IMG/VR virus record: IMGVR_UViG_3300027971_000002
Origin: an uncultured virus (IMG/VR IMGVR_UViG_3300027971_000002)
Lineage: Duplodnaviria > Heunggongvirae > Uroviricota > Caudoviricetes
DNA: 64,000 nucleotides
Direction: 5' to 3' (one strand)
Position 1 is the first letter of the stretch, and each line of letters begins with the position of its first letter. The notes under the pieces are model-generated. The model did no database searches. It had not been told where the DNA came from and was given only the letters and a program-made list of their open reading frames with translations. Of the stretch, positions 56,771 through 64,000 are shown piece by piece. Position numbers and translations under genes: made by a program.

Positions 56771-57087
56771 CCTGGTAACCCCCTAGTTAGCATAAAGTCA
56801 ACTGTAAGGTCAGATAGTGCACCGGAAATCTCATTGTCAATCATCTCTTCTGTTTTTTTAATAAAATGAGATGGAGATTTGCCCAAGGTTCCGTACTCTA
56901 AGTCTTGTACCTGTTTATCAAGGTCTGTAGGCCACACAACTTCAATGTACTCAGGAGTTACGTTAAGGCTTACCTTGTCACGAACATTTGAAGGCCACCC
57001 AGAAAGCGGGAGCATTAAGTCAAACTTTTTACGCACAATAGGTTCTGCTTTAGTTACAGCAGCTTTAAAATCTAACGGGCTAGCCAT
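56767..57087 (-). CDS. probable neck / tail completion protein
   Basis: LEYGT motif; in-frame ATG at 57087. Confidence 0.55.
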   Translation of the reverse strand: MASPLDFKAAVTKAEPIVRKKFDLMLPLSGWPSNVRDKVSLNVTPEYIEVVWPTDLDKQVQDLEYGTLGKSPSHFIKKTEEMIDNEISGALSDLTVDFMLTRGLPG

Positions 57088-57088
57088 G

Positions 57089-57265
57089 TTAGCGGCCCCT
57101 GATAAAACGCGACGCAAGAATTGCGTTAGCGGCGTCTAAAAACCCCTTAATATTGCTATCTACTTTATTGGATGCCCCAGGGATGTTTTGCACAATAACA
57201 GTATAAAACTGATTGGCCTGGGCCTTATCAACCTTATGAGGGCTGAGAGGTTGGAAATTAGACAT
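57089..57265 (-). CDS. small hypothetical protein (58 aa)
   Basis: Manual translation MSNFQPLSPHKVD...; RBS AAGGAG. Confidence 0.6.
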   Translation of the reverse strand: MSNFQPLSPHKVDKAQANQFYTVIVQNIPGASNKVDSNIKGFLDAANAILASRFIRGR

Positions 57266-57343
57266 ACTAATTCTCCTTAAAATAAACGCAGAACTACTAG
57301 CAAAGGTGGAGCTTTAATTCCCGCATGGAATCTCCTCAATGAT

Positions 57344-57371
57344 AAAGCAAAAGGCCCCCTTTCGGGGGCCT
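57344..57371 (-). terminator. Rho-independent terminator
   Basis: Minus strand AGGCCCCC-GAAA-GGGGGCCT followed by TTTGCTTT. Confidence 0.8.
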
Positions 57372-57376
57372 AAGCT

Positions 57377-57574
57377 CTACTTCTTTTTAATCTTTTTTAC
57401 AATCTTCTTATCCATTTTAGTGTCTTCTTCTTGGGACTTAGGCTTCTTATGCTTCTTGTCCATCGCTTCAAACTTCTTCTTTTGGTCCTTATCTAGGCCC
57501 TTAGTAGTTTTGGCGTCTTGCTTCTTATCTTTAGCCTCTGTATATTTACCTGAAAAATTTCCCATAGCTGCCAT
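57377..57574 (-). CDS. Lys-rich small protein
   Basis: 65 aa ORF, TAATG coupling. Confidence 0.75.
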   Translation of the reverse strand: MAAMGNFSGKYTEAKDKKQDAKTTKGLDKDQKKKFEAMDKKHKKPKSQEEDTKMDKKIVKKIKKK

Positions 57575-57714
57575 TACATGCCTCTTTTCTTAACCATTGA
57601 AGATTTCTTAGCCTTTGAAGGCGCAGATTTCTTAGCAAACTTTTTGTTTGCCGCTTGAATTGTTTTCATGCCGTGCTTGTTCTTTGGGGCTCCACAGCCG
57701 CAGGTGGCACACAT
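57574..57714 (-). CDS. Lys-rich microprotein (46 aa)
   Basis: MCATCGCGAPKNKHGMKT...KKRGM; TAATG coupling. Confidence 0.7.
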   Translation of the reverse strand: MCATCGCGAPKNKHGMKTIQAANKKFAKKSAPSKAKKSSMVKKRGM

Positions 57715-57887
57715 TACTTCTTCTTCTTTCGTAGGGCAGCGAAGTCAGAGCCTTCTAGCTTGCCGTCTTTGTCTACATCAAGCTTCTTCTGCTTTGGAGA
57801 CATCTTTTTTGCAGTCTTTTTTGCAGTCTTCTTGCAACCGCCGTTACAGCCTGCCTTTGAACAACCGCATCCACAACCTTTGCACAT
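57714..57887 (-). CDS. Cys/Lys-rich microprotein with an EF-hand-like loop (57 aa)
   Basis: MCKGCGCGCSKAGCNGGC...LDVDKDGKLEGSDFAALRKKKK. Confidence 0.7.
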   Translation of the reverse strand: MCKGCGCGCSKAGCNGGCKKTAKKTAKKMSPKQKKLDVDKDGKLEGSDFAALRKKKK

Positions 57888-58030
57888 TATTTTTTACTCG
57901 CTTTCGTTGGTTTAGAGACCTTCTTTTTTCCAGAGCCTGCAGGGACGCAGTTCGGAACTTTTTTGCCGCCCTTCATTTTCATGCCTACTTGTACGTAGCC
58001 ATCCCAACAAGGGTTTGCATCTTTAGCCAT
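57887..58030 (-). CDS. Lys-rich microprotein (47 aa)
   Basis: PCWDGYVQVGMK.KGGK.VPNCVP; RBS AGGAG. Confidence 0.75.
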   Translation of the reverse strand: MAKDANPCWDGYVQVGMKMKGGKKVPNCVPAGSGKKKVSKPTKASKK

Positions 58031-58038
58031 TGTTACTC

Positions 58039-58572
58039 CTACACTTGTGCGTACGCTAAAAATTGAGCGTCATTAACCAGTTCGTCTGGCATTAACTGTA
58101 GTAAGTCTAGCGAAATAATCGTATGGCGTTCGGCTATCTGACCCTGCTGTTGGGTACGAACTGGCCTGTAGACCTGGCCTTGCCAAACAAGGCGGTACTT
58201 GTTGGCTATGTCTAAGTTGGTCTTAACCTCTCCTCTGGCGTTAAACAGGGTTGGGCTAGCTAGCCTTAGGTCATCAATGTTTAAGACAATTTTTAAAGAA
58301 TCGGCGTTGTAGAAACCGCGGTCATTTACAGCAGATGTTCCTTGGTTTATCTTTGCGCTAATAATTTTAAGAATAACTGGACCAGTCCACACACGACCAG
58401 CGCCTAGAGGCTCTACATCGTAAATAGGGTCTTTAACAGAGGCCGCAGCGTTATATGCCCACCATTCCCCAGTAGTACCCTTAGGATTAGTTGAGTCGGC
58501 GGTTATGCCATCGGCAATTTCGTTTAGCTCAAAATCTGTGCTAAATCTTCCGCCTGGGGTATATGCTCTCAT
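58039..58572 (-). CDS. probable head-closure / neck protein
   Basis: DPIYD, RGFY..D, ..W.G.VY patterns and position in the structural module. Confidence 0.55.
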   Translation of the reverse strand: MRAYTPGGRFSTDFELNEIADGITADSTNPKGTTGEWWAYNAAASVKDPIYDVEPLGAGRVWTGPVILKIISAKINQGTSAVNDRGFYNADSLKIVLNIDDLRLASPTLFNARGEVKTNLDIANKYRLVWQGQVYRPVRTQQQGQIAERHTIISLDLLQLMPDELVNDAQFLAYAQV

Positions 58573-58614
58573 TATTCTATTATAAGGGTCGCCTCTTATT
58601 TTAAAGGGGCAACC

Positions 58615-59283
58615 TCAACCCTTTGGGGCGTTGTTTATATGGCTTAACTCTAAGTGATTTATATTAAAATGCTTTGGAAGCGAGCCAACCCACCGAATAG
58701 CTTCCGCCAAGTCTTCTGCAGTTAAAGCATTGTCTTTCTTTTCAGTTTGAGTATCTATCGTCCCAGGACAAACTTCTGTTACCTTAATACCATACTCTGG
58801 GAACTCCATACGCATGGTGTCTACTAAAGCCATTTCTCCTCGTTTTGCATTACTGTAGTTTCCGCCACCTCTAAACGGCGTTTTACCGCACAGAGATGTT
58901 ACAAAGATAATAGTTGCAGACTCTGACTTTTTCATAGCAGGGACAAATAGCTGTGACAAGTACATTGGGCCAGACACATTTATGTCGTAGGCCCGTCTAA
59001 AGTTATCCATAGTCTCGTTTATAATATGGGTTGGACCAGCCCCACCCCCAGCATTATTAACTAAAAGGTCTAGGGTTATGTCTTTGTACTGTTCATAAAA
59101 GCCTTTTATTGCTTTAGCATCTGTGATATCTAGGCTATATACCTCAACATTATCGGATACCAGCTCGGAAACCTTAGATAAATTTCTTGAAACAGCGATG
59201 ACTTTATAGCCATTTTCAAACAAGAGTTTGACCGTTGCTAGTCCTACGCCTTTACTTGCTCCAGTTACAATTGCCGTTTTCAA
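58615..59283 (-). CDS. short-chain dehydrogenase/reductase
   Basis: TGASKGVG, LVNNAG, YSNAK, PG...T. Confidence 0.92.
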   Translation of the reverse strand: MKTAIVTGASKGVGLATVKLLFENGYKVIAVSRNLSKVSELVSDNVEVYSLDITDAKAIKGFYEQYKDITLDLLVNNAGGGAGPTHIINETMDNFRRAYDINVSGPMYLSQLFVPAMKKSESATIIFVTSLCGKTPFRGGGNYSNAKRGEMALVDTMRMEFPEYGIKVTEVCPGTIDTQTEKKDNALTAEDLAEAIRWVGSLPKHFNINHLELSHINNAPKG

Positions 59284-60039
59284 TTACATACTCTGATTCT
59301 TATTAAGCTCCATGTTGTTATGAATCCAGTGACCAGGTATCATATATTTAAACCCAGACTTTACAACGTGTGCGGTATGAAAATATGGTGGAAATGCTGG
59401 AAATATGACAACGCTATTTGCTTTTGGCTTTAGCCCAAAATCAATTGCTTTATTTGCAACAGATATGTCATAGTCTAGGTCTACGGCTGGTGCTGACCCT
59501 TTAGAAAACCCGTCAGCGCTAGTCCATCCTCCGTCATAATCTTTTAACTGAAAAGAGATTTCGCCGCCTTCACAATCGTCGTTTAAATACATAACTAAAG
59601 AGTATCTTAGAGTTTTATCTCCATCTAGCTGGTCAAAATGCGCTCCCATGCCCATTCCAGTATTGTACTTTTTTATGTTAAACGTTGGAAAAAGTCTTGG
59701 CTCATCAAAGTCCCCTAAAGAAGAAGCATAGTCTTTGCAAACGTTGTACATTGCAGTCATAACCGCGTCGTATATATACTTACTTTTTTCTGCTACTTCG
59801 GCTGACTGCGGCGAAAAGATTGAACTAAGCTGGCTTATTGCATTAATATCAAACGTCTTTGTTTCTCCATAAATAAAAGAGGTATCGTTAGAAGAGGTCC
59901 AAAGGTTCCAAACATTTACCCCAGACTCTGGATATTGCTCAAGGGCATCTAGCTCTTTCCAAACTTTTTTAAAAGTATCAAAATCCTCAATAGCATCAGT
60001 ATAGTAGTAAGCTTTTGGGTCAAGTATTTCTTTATTCAT
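59284..60039 (-). CDS. 2OG-Fe(II) oxygenase (prolyl-4-hydroxylase-like)
   Basis: HFD, YLNDD.EGGE, H, K; in-frame ATG at 60039 with RBS AAGGGG. Confidence 0.9.
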   Translation of the reverse strand: MNKEILDPKAYYYTDAIEDFDTFKKVWKELDALEQYPESGVNVWNLWTSSNDTSFIYGETKTFDINAISQLSSIFSPQSAEVAEKSKYIYDAVMTAMYNVCKDYASSLGDFDEPRLFPTFNIKKYNTGMGMGAHFDQLDGDKTLRYSLVMYLNDDCEGGEISFQLKDYDGGWTSADGFSKGSAPAVDLDYDISVANKAIDFGLKPKANSVVIFPAFPPYFHTAHVVKSGFKYMIPGHWIHNNMELNKNQSM

Positions 60040-60049
60040 TTGTTTCCCC

Positions 60050-60709
60050 TTAGTATCTATTCTTTTTATAATGGTCTTTTTCTTTGATAAAGCCAACAAG
60101 AACATATCTTATTGGACCTTCTCCTACGTGCTTAACTCCATGCTCATATTGCTCATTGCCTGGAAAAAATAACATAGTCCCTGGCTTAGGTTTTAACTGG
60201 ATATCAAGGTTTGGAAAAAATAATTCGCCATCTGCGTAATCATCATTAATGTACACAATCGTAGCGTACTTTATAGATGGGTCTGTCTTTTGGTCAGTGT
60301 GAGCTTTTAGCTCTACTCCTGGTTGCATTCTTTGAATTGTTGCAAACCCACTTAACATTAATTCTGGGTCAGCGGTCACTACCATTGACTGTGTTCCATC
60401 GTACAGTGGCCTATATATATCATGATGCGCTATGTTAAAGTTTTTGTCTTTCCAATTTTGAGTAATTTCAAATTTACCTTCAGCAACTAAATTGTTTACG
60501 TCGTCTCTGCCAAACTTTTGCACGCAAAACTTTTTTAAGTTTGAATGGTACTCCACTTCCCAATCTTCTTGAGAAGTACTATTTATAATGTCCCAAAAGG
60601 TATTTATCTGGTCTTGTGATAAAAAGTTTTCAACAGAAAATAGCTCTGAAGTAATATCTGTAACTACATATCCTCTATCTATTAACTGTTGTTTAAAGGA
60701 CTCAATCAT
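60050..60709 (-). CDS. 2OG-Fe(II) oxygenase
   Basis: HTD, YINDDY.DGEL.F, HGV, RY. Confidence 0.9.
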   Translation of the reverse strand: MIESFKQQLIDRGYVVTDITSELFSVENFLSQDQINTFWDIINSTSQEDWEVEYHSNLKKFCVQKFGRDDVNNLVAEGKFEITQNWKDKNFNIAHHDIYRPLYDGTQSMVVTADPELMLSGFATIQRMQPGVELKAHTDQKTDPSIKYATIVYINDDYADGELFFPNLDIQLKPKPGTMLFFPGNEQYEHGVKHVGEGPIRYVLVGFIKEKDHYKKNRY

Positions 60710-61457
60710 TTGCAATGTCCTCTACCTTGTATTTATTTCCATTTGCATCTAGCTTCCACCCCTGCTTAAGCAGCCCTTGCCACTCTGCCCGTTCAATCTC
60801 TTGCTGTGCTCTGGTTGCCTTCATTTCTGCAGCCCAAGCGTCCCTTAATTCTTGTGGATAAGCTGATTCTTCTCTGTCATCCCAGAAAGACCCAATGGTG
60901 TACCTAACCCCACCTGTGATAAGAGAGACTTCGTGCATGTTGTTGAAGCCTCCGTCAAATACAGCAAGCATTCCAACCTCTGGTTTAATCTCTATGTTTT
61001 GTTTTGGGAATCGTAAAAGTCCACCATCAAAATCATCGTTAAGGTATAGAAACCCTGCGTAGCGGCTTCTTGTAAACGCACCTGAGTTACCTTCAGCGTC
61101 TGTATTATCAGAGTGAATTCTTGCGTACGCTCCTGGCTCCCACTTTTGTGTGTGATACCCAATTTTACAAATTGTTTTTGGGTCAAGGTCGTGTACGGAA
61201 GCAATTGCTTCTGGCATTGTTTTTTCAATATCTGAAAATATAGTCGGAGATAGCCCAGCGTCAATAACCTCTTGGTCGTTGTCTTGTGGCAAAACTGAAG
61301 AGTATGACTCGTAAAATGATATGGGCATCCAGGAGAGTTTTTGGTTATGTGCTTGTGCGTCTAAGGCGTTAATCATTTTTTGACAAGTTTCTTTGTCAAT
61401 AAAGTTTTCATAAATAACAATGTCTTTTGTTAGTCTTTTTTTATTATTTAAGTTCAT
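60702..61457 (-). CDS. 2OG-Fe(II) oxygenase
   Basis: HSD, YLNDDF.GG, HEV, RYT. Confidence 0.9.
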   Translation of the reverse strand: MNLNNKKRLTKDIVIYENFIDKETCQKMINALDAQAHNQKLSWMPISFYESYSSVLPQDNDQEVIDAGLSPTIFSDIEKTMPEAIASVHDLDPKTICKIGYHTQKWEPGAYARIHSDNTDAEGNSGAFTRSRYAGFLYLNDDFDGGLLRFPKQNIEIKPEVGMLAVFDGGFNNMHEVSLITGGVRYTIGSFWDDREESAYPQELRDAWAAEMKATRAQQEIERAEWQGLLKQGWKLDANGNKYKVEDIAND

Positions 61458-62128
61458 GGTTTTCTATCCCCTGTATGTTTTGTAATCTCCCAAAAGAAGG
61501 GGCATGTAAACCTTAAACCACTTTTGATTTCAGTAACCCCATGGATGTAGTTCTTATCGCCTGGGAAAAAATAAGCAGCGCCCTTTTTAGGTTTAAACTG
61601 CACGCCTTGTAGCGGGAAGTATAATTCTCCGCCCTCGTAATCATCATTTAAATAGAACAAACTTGAAAGGTCATAATTTGGAAAGTCATTAGGCGTTCCA
61701 GCATCAGGGCCTTCATGCAATTCTTTATCAGCATGGGGCTTTTGAAGCTGTCCAGGAAGCCATTTAACAATAGTTGTACCAGTTGGAACAACCTCTACCT
61801 TATAAAACTCTTCAATAATTGGTTTTAGTCTTTGAAACAACCCTGCGATTATTGGGGATATTTTTGGGTCATTCTTATCTAAGGTTGGTTGAGTTGCTAC
61901 TCTGTCTTTCCAATAGTCTGAGTCATAGGTAACGGTCCCATTCTCATTTGTATGGCTTTCGGTAACGTCCCAAATTGTTAAAGACTTGGCAGCCTTCTCT
62001 AAAAACTCTATTTCGTCTTGGGTCATGAAGTTTTCTAGCTCAACAATCATGTCTTTGCTATCCCCAAACCAACCTGATGGGGTTATAGATGGCGTTCTTT
62101 GAACTACCTTGTATGAGCTTTTATCCAT
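61454..62128 (-). CDS. 2OG-Fe(II) oxygenase
   Basis: HAD, YLNDDYEGGELYF, HGV, RFT. Confidence 0.9.
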   Translation of the reverse strand: MDKSSYKVVQRTPSITPSGWFGDSKDMIVELENFMTQDEIEFLEKAAKSLTIWDVTESHTNENGTVTYDSDYWKDRVATQPTLDKNDPKISPIIAGLFQRLKPIIEEFYKVEVVPTGTTIVKWLPGQLQKPHADKELHEGPDAGTPNDFPNYDLSSLFYLNDDYEGGELYFPLQGVQFKPKKGAAYFFPGDKNYIHGVTEIKSGLRFTCPFFWEITKHTGDRKP

Positions 62129-62130
62129 TT

Positions 62131-62847
62131 TTATATTGTATCTCTCTTTGTTGTATCTACTACCCCTAATTTTAATGTTTTTACCTCATGAGAACCTAAG
62201 CTCTCTTCTTTTTCATTAACAGCGTCTCTGTACCAGTCTGTCCATTCTCCAACAGTATTTAGTTTTTGTGCGGCAACTCCATAGGACGTATTCGCATCTA
62301 ATCTCGTTCTATTTGGGTCTTGGTATTCAACAATTTTAATAGTTGTCCCATTTAAGTGCGACAACGATATAGGAATAACGGTGGCAACTGGGGTTCCTGC
62401 TTTAATTATAACTCGTTTATTTGCAATCTTTGCTTTAATAGCTAAAGGCAAGGGGTGGTCATAAAAAGAAGTACTAATCACAGACGACATAGTCTCAAAC
62501 TCATTACTAAAGTAATTTACTGGGTTAATGATGAGTGTACTAACCGTTTTATCTGTTCTAAAAATTAAACCAGTTTCTAAACTTATAGAAGACTGACCTC
62601 TACCAGAGTAAGCGCCTTCTGGACTAAATATTTGAACATGGTTTGGAGTTTGGTCGTTTACACCATCCCAAATGAACTCAATATCCTTTGAACAAGACAT
62701 GCTCCAGCCAATTACATTTGACTGTGTTACTGGAAAGCACCTGTAAGCATGGTTTTCTGACGTCGCATCCATCCAGTCTCTTTTAATTGACATAGGCTGA
62801 ATGTCAAACAAAGACCCTTGTGTTTTTTCAACTGAGATGTTAAACAT
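62131..62847 (-). CDS. DUF6065-like protein
   Basis: RDWMD.....HAYRC.P....N..GW and G.P...VIP motifs. Confidence 0.7.
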   Translation of the reverse strand: MFNISVEKTQGSLFDIQPMSIKRDWMDATSENHAYRCFPVTQSNVIGWSMSCSKDIEFIWDGVNDQTPNHVQIFSPEGAYSGRGQSSISLETGLIFRTDKTVSTLIINPVNYFSNEFETMSSVISTSFYDHPLPLAIKAKIANKRVIIKAGTPVATVIPISLSHLNGTTIKIVEYQDPNRTRLDANTSYGVAAQKLNTVGEWTDWYRDAVNEKEESLGSHEVKTLKLGVVDTTKRDTI

Positions 62848-63503
62848 TAATCTGCATCTGCGCTATACATCTCTGGAGTGTGAAACTTTTTGCTGTAATC
62901 AAGCATGGTCACAATAGAGTATTTAGTCCCAGAGGTTACTGGCATTGCTTGGTGGGGATACATAAAGTTTGATGGAAAGATGAACAGGTCTCCAGCTTCT
63001 GCTTTAACTTTTAAGTTTTGTAATCTAAAGTAAAGCTCTCCACCTTCGTAGTCATCATTTGGGTATGCAACTAAAGAGAGGGTACAGTTATAAGAAAACC
63101 CATGGTCGTGATGCTCCATAAAGTGTTGGCCTGGGCCGTACTTAATAAAGTTAAAGGCTTCCCAGTACTTTAGGTTGTTAATGTTATACATCTTTGAGTA
63201 GTCTTGAACCGCAGGCAGTTTAACGTCGTATAGGTCTTGCCACAAAGCTTGAAGGTTTAAACTAACCTGACTTTTGTCGTTTTCTATATCCGTCTTCTTA
63301 AACTTAAAGTCGTTGCAATCTCTATACTCTGGCATAAGCTGCTTATACCCGACATATGCGGGTTGCCAGGCGTACCCAGTGGTATCCCCTTCTGGCTTAA
63401 GGTTAGCCTCAATTCGGCCTATAACATCAATATCCTTATTGATTACGCCCTTATAGCAAAAAATGCCATTGCCTAAATCAACTTTTTCTGTCCATGTTTG
63501 CAT
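62847..63503 (-). CDS. 2OG-Fe(II) oxygenase
   Basis: HHD, Y.NDDYEGGEL.F, FPSNFMYPH, SGTKYS. Confidence 0.9.
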   Translation of the reverse strand: MQTWTEKVDLGNGIFCYKGVINKDIDVIGRIEANLKPEGDTTGYAWQPAYVGYKQLMPEYRDCNDFKFKKTDIENDKSQVSLNLQALWQDLYDVKLPAVQDYSKMYNINNLKYWEAFNFIKYGPGQHFMEHHDHGFSYNCTLSLVAYPNDDYEGGELYFRLQNLKVKAEAGDLFIFPSNFMYPHQAMPVTSGTKYSIVTMLDYSKKFHTPEMYSADAD

Positions 63504-63512
63504 TTGTAGTCC

Positions 63513-64000
63513 TTATCTGTATTCCCGCATTGACCAAACACTATTTTTGTATACCCCGCCGTCAGGTTGGCGGTAAAACCTCATGTTAGTAACCATTTTA
63601 TCATATATCGTAGACTGGTCTAAAATCTCTATTTTGTGTTCCCAATCTTCTCTTTTAAAAGGAAGAACCTGAATATATGGGGTTCCTGCTGGTAATGTGC
63701 CTTCCCAGCCTTCTGTAATAAAGAAGGGAAAGCTACCAAGTAAATGAACTTTGTCAGAGTCCACAACCCCAGTAGTGTTTAAAAATGGTAAGTCAAATCT
63801 ATTCATTGGGGTCATAAACAGTGCGCTGTATCCTTCTGGAAGCTCTAACCCCCAAGGAGAACTCCAAGCAAAATGGCTTTGGTAATAACCCTTTGGGTGT
63901 TCAAACTGCGGCATTGGGGGGCGTTGAGTACAAAAATCTTTGTACTTAGGGTCATCAATTTTTACATTTATGACGCCTTGACTATTTTTATAAAAGATTA
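63513..64000 (-). CDS. DUF6065-related beta-rich protein, 5' truncated by the window edge
   Basis: Frame open to the window end; PW....P.GYS.L...P.N...LPF....G.VD.D and GTP..Q..PFKRE.W. Confidence 0.65.
   Translation of the reverse strand, partial: IFYKNSQGVINVKIDDPKYKDFCTQRPPMPQFEHPKGYYQSHFAWSSPWGLELPEGYSALFMTPMNRFDLPFLNTTGVVDSDKVHLLGSFPFFITEGWEGTLPAGTPYIQVLPFKREDWEHKIEILDQSTIYDKMVTNMRFYRQPDGGVYKNSVWSMREYR

Overview
The window is part of a large contractile-tailed (myovirus-type) phage genome. The host is most likely an actinobacterium (WhiB, DUF4192-like gene, AAAGGGG ribosome-binding sites). There are two convergent arms. The plus-strand arm (1-10755) looks like an early or host-takeover region. 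It is built of gene cassettes separated by a conserved multi-part intergenic element: hairpin, TTTGTGTTGG, CCCACCC, GAGAGAG, CRP-like TGTGA-N6-TCACA box, GTGGTCTAGG, -10 hexamer, 5' hairpin, RBS. A MoxR AAA+/vWA pair and many Cys-rich microproteins follow. The minus-strand arm, read from the right, holds: a cluster of 2OG-Fe(II) oxygenases, DUF6065-like genes and an SDR; neck, sheath, tube, tape measure, baseplate and fibre genes; a replication/recombination block (initiator, DnaC-like loader, DnaB, primase, dNMP kinase, SNF2 helicase, SSB, PolA, RecA, WhiB, Cas4-like nuclease, two resolvases); then SpoVS, a metallophosphoesterase, small unknown genes, a nucleotidyltransferase/HAD/TGT-like trio and a class II ribonucleotide reductase. 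No capsid, portal, terminase, integrase, tRNA or CRISPR array was recognised. The strongest leads are the cassette promoter array, a terminator loop mimicking the 16S anti-SD, a UUU-CGU +1 frameshift candidate in the tail chaperone, an ArfA-like microprotein, an in-frame inverted repeat at the arm junction, and apparent absence of GATC. All family calls come from motif recognition by eye, not database searches.
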